In this document: positions 29,695-38,673 of the stretch, one piece after another | Numbering within the stretch: position 1 is the stretch's first letter | Layout of the letters: every line of letters starts with the position of its first letter | NCBI GenBank assembly: GCA_965140585.1 | Contig: OZ223269.1 | Location: 448,001 to 512,000 of the forward strand | DNA from: Spirochaetia bacterium | GTDB lineage: Bacteria; Spirochaetota; Spirochaetia; UBA9216 | Reading direction: 5' to 3' | Length of the DNA stretch: 64,000 nt | Made by a program: the position numbers and the translations under genes | Notes under the pieces: model-generated | Database searches by the model: none | Seen by the model: only the letters and a program-made list of their open reading frames with translations | What the model was told of the DNA's origin: nothing

Positions 29695-30204
29695 TTATCC
29701 TTCAATTTCACTAAGAAGAGCATCAAATAAGGTCATCATATCTTCATTTGTTTTTCTGAGTCTTCCTGCAACAATCTTAGCAAGCGCCCTGGTAATTGGA
29801 AGGCCTATCTCAGGGTTGTTGTTTCCAAGATTGAGGAAGTCCGACTTGCCTATGACAAGGACTTCGCAGTTTTCAGTAGCGACTACAGAGGCCGATCGCT
29901 TATCATCATCGATCAGAGCCATTTCCCCGATGAAAATATTAAATTCGGCTCTAAGATTTACTACAACATAATCATCACCGGAACGGGTTCTTTTTAAAAT
30001 ATTTACTGCACCCTCAAGAAGAATAAAAAGCTCATCACCAGTTTCAGCTTCTGTAATTATATGATCGCCCTTATGGAATTTCTTTGTAGAACAGATCGAT
30101 GTGATCTTTTCCATGGCTTCATCGTTGTCTTTTATTGCTTCAAAAAGAGGTATGCTTTTCAGTTTTTCAAGATGCAGCGCACTTGCCTGGGAGCGAATTC
30201 CCAT
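29695..30204 (-). CDS. Stand-alone cyclic-nucleotide-binding domain protein
   Basis: FIGEMALID...RSASV phosphate-binding cassette; no HTH. Confidence 0.9.
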   Translation of the reverse strand: MGIRSQASALHLEKLKSIPLFEAIKDNDEAMEKITSICSTKKFHKGDHIITEAETGDELFILLEGAVNILKRTRSGDDYVVVNLRAEFNIFIGEMALIDDDKRSASVVATENCEVLVIGKSDFLNLGNNNPEIGLPITRALAKIVAGRLRKTNEDMMTLFDALLSEIEG

Positions 30205-30216
30205 AAGTCAATCCTC

Positions 30217-31419
30217 CTAAACCACCGCTTCGGATTCTTCCGAAAGCATGAAGCTTGTTTTACCTATAATAATTCCTTTCGAATATTTCTGGATAATATA
30301 ATCATCACCCGGGATAAAAACTGGTTTATTCAGGGACAAATCCTTAACACCCTGCAGGTTTGTAACCAGTTTTGAAATATCCGGGGTTTTCTGAGCTTCC
30401 CGCAGAGCTCCCATCTTTACGTTATTGGGAGAACCTGTATTTTCCAGAATTCCTATAAGAATTTTATCATCTGACAGATGCATGTCTTCTTTGTATTCTT
30501 TGAAAGTTTTACCTACGAAATCAGTTATCATATCGGTTGTAGATATCTGAATGGGTGAAGATGTGTTTGAAATCAGGTCGGTCAGAATGTTTGAAAGACC
30601 GTTTGTAATGGTTGTTCCAGCCAGCATCTGTCTGTTCAGATCCCTTGGAAACAGAATCTCATCGCACATTGCGTTTCTCAGGTAGGGTTCATATTTCCGG
30701 TCAACAAGTTCTGCGCAGACATAGAGATCTTTCGACAGAGTTTTTATTGTGAGCACCGTCATTACAGTTTTTGAATCAGCCTCTGAAGCACCAACGCTTT
30801 CAACTGTATCGGCAAGCACGATAGCCTTTGCGGCTCCCATTATATTGGCCCGTTTCAGGGTATCTTCAGAAAAATAATCGCCTCTAATGTATTTAACCTT
30901 TTTGAGTTCGGGTGTTTCCTTTAATGCTTCAATCTTTTCTGTTTCAATATTTGATATGATAACGATCTTTTCCGGCTGTGTGGAATCTGATAGAAGCAGG
31001 ATGTCTTTGAGAATGTCGCTCATATTACTTTTCCATCCGCATATTACCAGATGGCCGCTGAGTTTTGGGAAGTCCATTAATCCTCTCCTGGCTCTTGTAT
31101 TTCTTTCAACAAAAACTGACGCGAAGGTACCTGAAAGTAAACTCATAAGGGCCATACCGAAGAAAATGGAAATGAGTGTTATAAATCTTCCGGGCATGGT
31201 CACCGGAGACTTGTCTCCGTAACCGATTGTACTGAATGTAATTACAGCCCACCAGATACCATCGAAAAAGTTTTCAAACTGGTCGTTTCTGCCGAACTCG
31301 ATAATTGTAACTATTCCGCCGGTACCGACGAAAAGCATTGTGAACATTATACCGAGTCTGTAGAATGGAGACTCTGTCATTGTGTCGTAAAACTGTCTGA
31401 ATTTTTTTCTTAGATTCAT
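30217..31419 (-). CDS. 2TM potassium channel with RCK (TrkA-N) domain
   Basis: WWAVITFSTIGYGD selectivity filter; HLVICGW RCK domain. Confidence 0.92.
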   Translation of the reverse strand: MNLRKKFRQFYDTMTESPFYRLGIMFTMLFVGTGGIVTIIEFGRNDQFENFFDGIWWAVITFSTIGYGDKSPVTMPGRFITLISIFFGMALMSLLSGTFASVFVERNTRARRGLMDFPKLSGHLVICGWKSNMSDILKDILLLSDSTQPEKIVIISNIETEKIEALKETPELKKVKYIRGDYFSEDTLKRANIMGAAKAIVLADTVESVGASEADSKTVMTVLTIKTLSKDLYVCAELVDRKYEPYLRNAMCDEILFPRDLNRQMLAGTTITNGLSNILTDLISNTSSPIQISTTDMITDFVGKTFKEYKEDMHLSDDKILIGILENTGSPNNVKMGALREAQKTPDISKLVTNLQGVKDLSLNKPVFIPGDDYIIQKYSKGIIIGKTSFMLSEESEAVV

Positions 31420-31471
31420 TTTCTACATATGATTTTAAACAAAGCAGAGACTATTAGCAAGCGAAATATTT

Positions 31472-31663
31472 TTAAGATTTGGACCAGCGTTTATTTCTGA
31501 GTCTGCAAATATTATCAAGATCTTTCTCTGTAAAGCAGATATTTCTCGGTCCGATTTTAGTTCCGATATTATGATTCCGGTGGTACTGCTGCATCGTTGA
31601 TGAGCTTAAGCCGATCTTCCTGCCTCCGGTAACGGTACTGTATATTTTAATCTCTTTTTGCAT
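31472..31663 (-). CDS. Small MerR/excisionase-like winged-HTH protein, 63 aa
   Basis: IYST...KIGLSSSTMQQY...IG.KIG.R..FTEKDL..I pattern. Confidence 0.55.
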   Translation of the reverse strand: MQKEIKIYSTVTGGRKIGLSSSTMQQYHRNHNIGTKIGPRNICFTEKDLDNICRLRNKRWSKS

Positions 31664-31800
31664 ACAGGGTAAAGTATTATGCGAAATCGATTACATTACA
31701 AGGATATATATAAAAAAACAGCGTAGAAAAAAAATTGTTGCAGACAAATTATTATCACGTTAACATCATAACAGGTTGATTATTACTTGCGGAGGTAGCT

Positions 31801-31998
31801 GTGCTTGTTGAACTGTCTATTGAGGAGTTCTGTATTATCAGCAGCGGACTGAATGAATTTGAGGCGTCCTGGAAGTCTGTCTGTGATACACGTCCGAATG
31901 ATTTAAATTCAAGAGATGAGCTTCAGAAAATTGAATCTCTGAAGACCCGGATAAATAAACTTTATAATATTTCCAAGCTTCTGAACCTGTGTTCTTAA
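31801..31998 (+). CDS. Small hypothetical protein, 65 aa
   Basis: GGAGG SD before GTG; promoter TTGCAG-17-TAACAT at 31738-31766. Confidence 0.65.
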   Translation: MLVELSIEEFCIISSGLNEFEASWKSVCDTRPNDLNSRDELQKIESLKTRINKLYNISKLLNLCS

Positions 31999-32004
31999 TA
32001 AGGC

Positions 32005-32562
32005 TTATTTTTTATATCCGAAGTGTATTTTAGCCTTGAAAAATCGCTTAAGCTCACTGATTCTTCGCAGATGCTTGTGCATCTCAAAAGTGACTATTGA
32101 TAACGCCTCCCATGCAAAAACCCAGCCGCCGATCATCAGACCTTCAACCAGTACATTTCCCCAGATACTCTCAATTTCATTTCCGCTTTCGATCATGTAA
32201 TACGCAAAAATACATACAATAGCGATCGCTGTGAGAGTTATGACCTGAAAAAGACTTCTGTTCATCTTTTTTCGTTCAATTCTCTGCATAAAGGTGTAAT
32301 AATTGAGGTAACTCGTCTTAATCTGATTTTCCCTTGTTTCATTGACTTCCGGATCTTCTACGAAGAAGTGAATTTCAAGTTTTTTGCGCAGGGGAATTTC
32401 CTCAGAGCAGTAATTAAGATATTCTTCAAGTTCAGGATGAATGTCTCTAATCTTGAAAGAGGTATTATCCCATTCATTGAAAAAGTCGTTGTAGTTATCA
32501 AGTGCAATATCGATTATCACACTTCCTCGATTCTTATTGATACGGTAAAATTTTTCGTACAT
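32005..32562 (-). CDS. Hypothetical membrane protein (two C-terminal TM helices)
   Basis: Soluble N-domain (DFFNEWD...RDIHPEL) plus two TMs (IGGWVFAWEA). Confidence 0.75.
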   Translation of the reverse strand: MYEKFYRINKNRGSVIIDIALDNYNDFFNEWDNTSFKIRDIHPELEEYLNYCSEEIPLRKKLEIHFFVEDPEVNETRENQIKTSYLNYYTFMQRIERKKMNRSLFQVITLTAIAIVCIFAYYMIESGNEIESIWGNVLVEGLMIGGWVFAWEALSIVTFEMHKHLRRISELKRFFKAKIHFGYKK

Positions 32563-32673
32563 ACAGTTATACTAACAGAATTGTGGTTGTTCAGCCATCT
32601 GCTTTATCTTTCAGGTCTATGAAAAAGCTCTGTCACAACACTGACTGAACCGGTTCGGTATAGTGCCGGTGGC

Positions 32674-32702
32674 TTGACCGATATACGTGTTTTCCATAGA
32701 AT
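32674..32702 (+). promoter_or_regulatory. Sigma70-type promoter of ileS
   Basis: TTGACC-17 bp-TAGAAT. Confidence 0.65.
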
Positions 32703-32741
32703 GATTTAACTTTTATATTGCACATTTCAGTGGAGGAAATT

Positions 32742-35700
32742 TTGTATAATTCTGTCGATCCGAAAGTCAGCTTTCCCGGTATGGAGGAGCGAATACTTGA
32801 ATTCTGGAAGAATAATGACATCTTCAAAAGATCAATAGATCAGCGCGATGGCAATGAGGAGTTTGTCTTCTATGACGGTCCGCCATTTGCTACCGGTCTT
32901 CCTCATTTCGGACATTTTGTACCAGGAACTATTAAAGATATTATCCCCCGCTATCAGACAATGAAAGGCAAGAAGGTCGGACGCCGCTTTGGTTGGGACT
33001 GTCACGGACTTCCTGTAGAATATGAGATGGAAAAGGAACTTGGAATCTCGGGTAAAAAAGAGATCGAGGACTACGGTGTTGCTGAATTCAATGAATCCTG
33101 CCGTTCCATCGTGCTCAGATACACGAAAGAATGGGAAACCATAATCACGAGACTCGGACGATGGGTTGATTTTGAGAATGACTACAAGACCATGGAACCT
33201 GATTACATGGAATCAATCTGGTGGGTTGTAAGCGAGCTCTGGAAAAAAGGCCTGATGTATGAAGGTCATTACATCCTGCCGTACTGTCCCAGATGTTCAA
33301 CTGTTCTTTCAAACCACGAACTCAATCTTGGCGGATACAAGGATGTTCATGATCCTGCTATCACTGTTAAGTTTAAAACCAAGGAAGACCCTTCAACCTT
33401 CTTTCTTGCATGGACGACAACTCCATGGACCCTTCCGTCCAACCTTGCACTTGCGGTGGGTGAGGAAATTACCTACGTGAAAGTTAAGGACGGTGATGAA
33501 TGCTATATCCTTGCTGAAGAAAGACTGGCTTCCTACTACAAAAGCGCTGAAGAATATGAACTTCTGGGAACTATGCCCGGTTCCGCACTTGTAGGTAAGG
33601 AATATGAACCGCTTCTGCCGTATTTTGCTGACGCAGCTGAGAAGGGAGCTTTCAGAGTTTTCCCTGCTGACTATGTAACAACTGAAGACGGTACCGGTAT
33701 TGTTCATACGGCTCCCGGTTTCGGTGAAGATGACTATAACACACTAAAGACAACAGAAATTCCTACTGTCTGCCCGATTGATGCAGAGTGTAAATTTACA
33801 GCAGAAGTATCAGATTATGAAGGCCGATTCGTAAAGGAATGCGACAAGGATATAATTGCAAGGCTTAAGGAAGAGGGAAAACTCGTAAAACGTGAGAACT
33901 ACCTCCACTCATACCCGCACTGCTGGCGCTGTGAAAGTCCGCTTATATACCGGGCAATTTCATCATGGTTTGTCGACATCGGCAAGGTGAAGGCCAAGAT
34001 GCTCAAATCAAACGATACTGTTTACTGGGTTCCCGGACACCTCAAGAAGGGCCGTTTCGGCAAGTGGCTCGAAGGCGCAAGAGACTGGGCCATATCACGA
34101 AACCGATACTGGGGTAATCCGATTCCTGTATGGAAGTGTCCTGACTGTAATGAAATGATCTGTATCGGTTCACGTGAAGAGCTTGAGGAAAAATCAGGTA
34201 TTAAGGTTACCGATCTTCACAAGCATTACGTCGATCACATTGAGATAGACTGCAAGTGCGGATCAAAGATGAAAAGAATCCCCGATGTTCTCGACTGCTG
34301 GTTTGAGTCCGGCTCTATGCCCTATGCTCAGAATCACTATCCCTTCGAGAATAAGGAGCATTTTGAAAAGAACTTTCCGGCTCACTTTATATCCGAGGGC
34401 CTGGATCAGACCAGGGGCTGGTTTTACACATTAACAATTCTGGCTGCCGCGCTTTTTGATAAACCTGCGTTTCAGAGTGTAGTAGTAAACGGTCTTGTTC
34501 TGGCTGAAGACGGCAAAAAGATGTCAAAGTCGGCCAGAAACTATTCCGATCCTGTTGAAGTCATAAACAAATTCGGTGCAGACGCACTTAGACTTTTTCT
34601 TATGAACTCGGCCGTAGTAAGAGCGGAAGACCTGAAATATTCCGATGACGGTGTTCTTGAGATTCTTAAAAGCATAATTATACCGCTGTGGAATGCTTAC
34701 AGCTTTTTTGTAACATATGCAAACATCGATGAAGCCAAACCGGTTTCAGCTCCGGAGAATCCGGAGAACCCGCTTGACAGGTGGATTCTTTCGGAAGCCG
34801 AAAGACTTATTGCCGACGTTACCGAACAGCTTGATGCTCTGGAGCTTCAGAAAGCTATCAGCCCGATTCTCAATTTTATCGATCTCCTGAATAACTGGTA
34901 TATCAGAAGATCAAGAAGAAGGTTCTGGCGTTCAGAGAACGATTCCGATAAGAATCAGGCATATGAAACACTATATTCAGTTCTTATGAAGCTGATTACT
35001 GTTGCATGTCCCTTTATTCCTTTTGTAACTGAAGAGATTTACCAGAATCTCAAACCTGAAGGATATGCAGATTCAATTCACCTTGCAGACTGGCCGGTTG
35101 CCGATCAGTCCAAACGTGATGAAGAACTCGAAATTAAGATGGCAGTAACAAGACAGGCAGTGTCTATGGGCCGCGCACTTCGTTCTATGCATTCTCTTAA
35201 GACAAGGCAGCCGCTGAAGGCTCTTAACCTTGTTACCAGGGACCAGAAGGAGAAGCTGGTTCTTAGGGAAATGGCTGATATTATTGCCGAAGAGCTTAAT
35301 GTTAAGGATGTTATCTTCCGCGAGAATGAGGAAGAACTGGTTGAATATAGTGCAAAGGCTAACTTCAAGGTTCTGGGTAAAACACTCGGAAAGAATATGA
35401 AGGCAGCTGCCGCCGCAATTGAAGAACTTACCCCCGGTGAAATTCAGTCACTGCTTGACGGTGCTACGCTCTCTCTCGACCTGGACTTCGGAACTCTTGA
35501 ACTTACCGAGGAGTCTGTAGTTATTCAGCGAAATGAGAAAGAAAACATGAAGGTGCTCAATGAAGGTTCGCTGACTATTGCTCTTGATTCAGAAATCACT
35601 GAAGAGCTGCGGCAGGAAGGTGTAATCAGAGATATTGTCAGAAGTATCCAGAATATGAGGAAGGAAGCCGATTTTGATGTAACCGACCGCATTGTTCTTT

Positions 35701-35861
35701 CAATCAGTGGTTCTGATTCAATAAAAGCAGCTGTTGAAGCCTTTCAGGATTATCTTTCAGCTGAAACACTTGCAGAAAGCTGGGTCTGGGAGGCAGTTCC
35801 GAATGCACAAAAGGTGGAATGCGGTGATGATGAATGCAGCATCGCTCTTAAAAAAGCGTAA
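32742..35861 (+). CDS. ileS: Isoleucine--tRNA ligase, type 2
   Basis: FYDGPPFATGLPHFGH, GWDCHGLP, WTTTPWTL, KMSKS, long IleRS2 C-terminus. Start taken as TTG 32742 after GGAGG. Confidence 0.97.
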   Translation: MYNSVDPKVSFPGMEERILEFWKNNDIFKRSIDQRDGNEEFVFYDGPPFATGLPHFGHFVPGTIKDIIPRYQTMKGKKVGRRFGWDCHGLPVEYEMEKELGISGKKEIEDYGVAEFNESCRSIVLRYTKEWETIITRLGRWVDFENDYKTMEPDYMESIWWVVSELWKKGLMYEGHYILPYCPRCSTVLSNHELNLGGYKDVHDPAITVKFKTKEDPSTFFLAWTTTPWTLPSNLALAVGEEITYVKVKDGDECYILAEERLASYYKSAEEYELLGTMPGSALVGKEYEPLLPYFADAAEKGAFRVFPADYVTTEDGTGIVHTAPGFGEDDYNTLKTTEIPTVCPIDAECKFTAEVSDYEGRFVKECDKDIIARLKEEGKLVKRENYLHSYPHCWRCESPLIYRAISSWFVDIGKVKAKMLKSNDTVYWVPGHLKKGRFGKWLEGARDWAISRNRYWGNPIPVWKCPDCNEMICIGSREELEEKSGIKVTDLHKHYVDHIEIDCKCGSKMKRIPDVLDCWFESGSMPYAQNHYPFENKEHFEKNFPAHFISEGLDQTRGWFYTLTILAAALFDKPAFQSVVVNGLVLAEDGKKMSKSARNYSDPVEVINKFGADALRLFLMNSAVVRAEDLKYSDDGVLEILKSIIIPLWNAYSFFVTYANIDEAKPVSAPENPENPLDRWILSEAERLIADVTEQLDALELQKAISPILNFIDLLNNWYIRRSRRRFWRSENDSDKNQAYETLYSVLMKLITVACPFIPFVTEEIYQNLKPEGYADSIHLADWPVADQSKRDEELEIKMAVTRQAVSMGRALRSMHSLKTRQPLKALNLVTRDQKEKLVLREMADIIAEELNVKDVIFRENEEELVEYSAKANFKVLGKTLGKNMKAAAAAIEELTPGEIQSLLDGATLSLDLDFGTLELTEESVVIQRNEKENMKVLNEGSLTIALDSEITEELRQEGVIRDIVRSIQNMRKEADFDVTDRIVLSISGSDSIKAAVEAFQDYLSAETLAESWVWEAVPNAQKVECGDDECSIALKKA

Positions 35862-36807
35862 AAGATTTTTTAAAACCGGAGCGGCAGCAGCCGTTCTGGT
35901 TTTATTGTTTATATTGAGCGGATGTGCCGGTATCCCTGAAAGAGCCGAATCTGTCAGCAACGTTCAGCTTCTTCCTTCAGAGCCAAAGGTAATCATCTAT
36001 GCCTCAATTGAAGAGAACCGGGAGCTGATTGAACCTGCAATGGATATTTTAGGTTCGGAACTGCCTGAAGCTCTGAGGGCGGAATTCCTTGACAGAACAG
36101 ACAGCATATGGGCCGGTATAATACCTGTGTCACCAGCAAAAGCTGAGAATACTGAGATTATTGAGGAGCCCGGGTTCAGTCTTGTCGCTTCAGGTGATTA
36201 TCCGTCATCTACCATCAGTTTCAGTCTCGGAATCAGTCCTGACTGGAAAAAGAGCAAACATAAATCAGATAATGGAGGCTCCGCTTTCAGTTATTGGCAG
36301 AGTCAGCAGACCCGGCAGCAGATTTCAATGCCCGATAAAAGTCTGATTCTTGCGTCCAGCGGTAATATAAATGAAATGGCCGATGCCTGGAGTAAAGGCG
36401 GATCTGTCCCCGGCTACGGCTGGCTTGAAGCAGAAACCTCCTCCGATGTAGTAATACAAACCGGAGGCATGCTTCCCGAAGAATACGCGGTATTCATTCC
36501 GGAGTTTAAAAAGCTGCCGATTGAAACCGTACAGCTTAGACTTAAAAGAAGCGGAGACGAATACCTTATTTCAGGCAGTTTTTATATGAACAGTGAAGTT
36601 AATGCTTTTCTGTTCTCTGTCATGATGAGAGCTTCGGTTATCGCTTCCAAAAATCCTGATGGAAGCCGGATGTTTGAAAATCCGCGTGAAATAGAAATAG
36701 TGAAAGACGGAGCCACAGTCAAACTTAAAGGAATGAAGCTGCCCGTTTCCGTACTTGTAGATACCGGAAAGAACTGGATTGGGGTAATGCAGCGGCCCCA
36801 GGAGTAG
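35827..36807 (+). CDS. Hypothetical lipoprotein
   Basis: Basic N-region, hydrophobic core and lipobox LSG-C. Start moved to ATG 35827 or 35830. Confidence 0.75.
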   Translation: MMNAASLLKKRKRFFKTGAAAAVLVLLFILSGCAGIPERAESVSNVQLLPSEPKVIIYASIEENRELIEPAMDILGSELPEALRAEFLDRTDSIWAGIIPVSPAKAENTEIIEEPGFSLVASGDYPSSTISFSLGISPDWKKSKHKSDNGGSAFSYWQSQQTRQQISMPDKSLILASSGNINEMADAWSKGGSVPGYGWLEAETSSDVVIQTGGMLPEEYAVFIPEFKKLPIETVQLRLKRSGDEYLISGSFYMNSEVNAFLFSVMMRASVIASKNPDGSRMFENPREIEIVKDGATVKLKGMKLPVSVLVDTGKNWIGVMQRPQE

Positions 36808-36810
36808 AAT

Positions 36811-37413
36811 ATGATTTGTGTAGTAGATTATGAAGCAGGAAACCTGAGAAGTGTAGAGCTTGCTCTTAAGCACCTCTCTGCAGATTTTTTTATCAGCAAC
36901 AAACCTGAAGAACTTCTAAAGGCTGACAAGATGATATTTCCCGGAGTAGGTGAAGCTTATTCATCAATGGCGGTTCTGAAGAAAACAGGGCTTGATGATG
37001 CTGTGAAGGAATTTGTCAGTCAGGGCAAACCTGCTTTCGGCATATGTCTGGGATGTCAGATTTTCTTTGATTTTTCAGAAGAAAGAGATACCGAATGTCT
37101 TGGTATTATTCCAGGCCGAGTACGCGAGTTCTCAAAGGATATGGGGCTTAAAGTGCCTCACATGGGCTGGAATCAGGTAAGGCATGAGGGAATCCACCCT
37201 ATGTTTAATGGTGTGCCCGAGAACTCTTCTTTCTATTTCGTACATTCATTTTATCCGGATGCTGAAAAAGAAGAGAATATTGCAGGATATACCGAATACG
37301 GTATCCAATTCAGCAGTGCCGCATTTAAGGATAATGTTTTTATTACCCAGTTCCACCCTGAAAAATCAGGCGAAGTCGGTTTAAAGCTCCTGTCGAATTT
37401 TATAGCTGTATAA
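36811..37413 (+). CDS. hisH: Imidazole glycerol phosphate synthase, glutaminase subunit
   Basis: DYEAGNLRSV, PGVG, GICLG, VPHMGWN, YFVHS, QFHPEKS. Confidence 0.96.
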   Translation: MICVVDYEAGNLRSVELALKHLSADFFISNKPEELLKADKMIFPGVGEAYSSMAVLKKTGLDDAVKEFVSQGKPAFGICLGCQIFFDFSEERDTECLGIIPGRVREFSKDMGLKVPHMGWNQVRHEGIHPMFNGVPENSSFYFVHSFYPDAEKEENIAGYTEYGIQFSSAAFKDNVFITQFHPEKSGEVGLKLLSNFIAV

Positions 37414-37422
37414 GAGGGTAGT

Positions 37423-38190
37423 ATGCTTCAGAAAAGAATTATTATATGTCTCGATGTAAGAGACGGAAAAACGACCAAAGGAATCAAGTTCAAGGGCAAT
37501 GTCGATATTGGTGATCCTGTAGAGATGGCTGCCGAGTATTACCGACAGGGAGTCGATGAACTTGTTTTTTATGATATAACTGCATCGGCAGAGAAGCGGG
37601 GGATTATGATTGATGTAGTTTCCCGTGTTGCCGAACAGATATTTATTCCATTCTGTGTAGGCGGAGGTATAGGATCAGCTGCAGATATGCGTGCGGTTCT
37701 ACTTGCCGGAGCTGAGAAGATAAGCGTCAATTCTCAGGCTGTGAAAAATCCTGATATTATCTCTGAGGGTGCAGCTCTTTTCGGGCGCCAGTGTATAGTC
37801 CTGGGGATGGATGCTGCTGCCGATAGTGAGATGCCTTCAGGTTACAGGGTTGTTATAAACGGAGGCCGTACAGCAACCGAGCTTGATGCCCTCGAATGGG
37901 CGCTTAAGGCGGAAAAGCTGGGTGCTGGTGAGATAGTTCTGAATTCTATTGATGCCGACGGTACTCAGGATGGCTACGAAATCAATCTGACAAGAATGAT
38001 TTCCGAGGCTGTAGGTGTGCCGGTAGTTGCTTCAGGCGGAGCCGGGACTTCGGACCACCTTGCGGAGGTTTTGACAGACGGAAAAGCCGATGCTGCTCTT
38101 ATCGCCTCTATGGTACATTTCGGCGGTTATACAGTTCCGGGTATTAAAGACTATCTTGACGGTAAGGATATACCAGTACGCAGAGTTTGA
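37423..38190 (+). CDS. hisF: Imidazole glycerol phosphate synthase, cyclase subunit
   Basis: [38 protein letters not shown]. Confidence 0.96.
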   Translation: MLQKRIIICLDVRDGKTTKGIKFKGNVDIGDPVEMAAEYYRQGVDELVFYDITASAEKRGIMIDVVSRVAEQIFIPFCVGGGIGSAADMRAVLLAGAEKISVNSQAVKNPDIISEGAALFGRQCIVLGMDAAADSEMPSGYRVVINGGRTATELDALEWALKAEKLGAGEIVLNSIDADGTQDGYEINLTRMISEAVGVPVVASGGAGTSDHLAEVLTDGKADAALIASMVHFGGYTVPGIKDYLDGKDIPVRRV

Positions 38191-38263
38191 TAAAAACACT
38201 GTAAACAGAGGTTTCCTGTGTTATATAAATTATTGACCCTGCGGATCAAAATTATTATATTTA

Positions 38264-38306
38264 GGACATCTCTAATATACTAAAACTAAGGTGATTAGAG
38301 ATGTCC
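38264..38306. repeat. 13-bp perfect inverted repeat upstream of the FmdB-family gene
   Basis: GGACATCTCTAAT-N17-ATTAGAGATGTCC, just downstream of promoter TTGACC-17-TATATT (38233-38261). Confidence 0.85.
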
Positions 38307-38328
38307 CAATTCATGAAATGGAGATATT

Positions 38329-38673
38329 ATGCCTACTTACGAATATGAATGCAGAGAATGCGGCAACAGGTTCGAGGTCTTTCAGAACATGTCTGATGAA
38401 CCGCTTGATAAATGCGAAGAATGCGGCGGGGCTGTAAAAAGACTAATTTTCGGCGGTACCGGAGTTATTTTTAAAGGCAGCGGATTTTATGTAACTGACA
38501 CAAAGGGTAAATCTTCAACCTCATCAACGGTTTCAAAAAGCGACAGTTCCACGTCTGAAGCATCTTCAGATTCAAAGACTGAAAAGAAAACTGAAACATC
38601 CGCTAAAAAGACTGAAACCAGTAAGCCGGCCTCAAGAGACAGCAAAAATAAAAAGCAGCCCGCTTCGGTTTAA
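38329..38673 (+). CDS. FmdB family zinc-ribbon protein
   Basis: MPTYEYECREC...CEECGG...IFKGSGFYVTD plus a Ser/Lys-rich tail. Confidence 0.92.
   Translation: MPTYEYECRECGNRFEVFQNMSDEPLDKCEECGGAVKRLIFGGTGVIFKGSGFYVTDTKGKSSTSSTVSKSDSSTSEASSDSKTEKKTETSAKKTETSKPASRDSKNKKQPASV

Noticed and set aside
31420-32700. Prophage or integrative-element remnant suggested by the Xis-like HTH
   Set aside because: No integrase, att-like repeats, tRNA target or phage genes.
32563-32741. T-box leader for ileS; palindrome GAACCGGTTC at 32647-32656
   Set aside because: The predicted promoter leaves only about 33 nt of leader. A lone 10-bp palindrome is compatible with chance.
38261-38306. CIRCE element before the FmdB-family gene
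   Set aside because: Arms and spacing differ from TTAGCACTC-N9-GAGTGCTAA.
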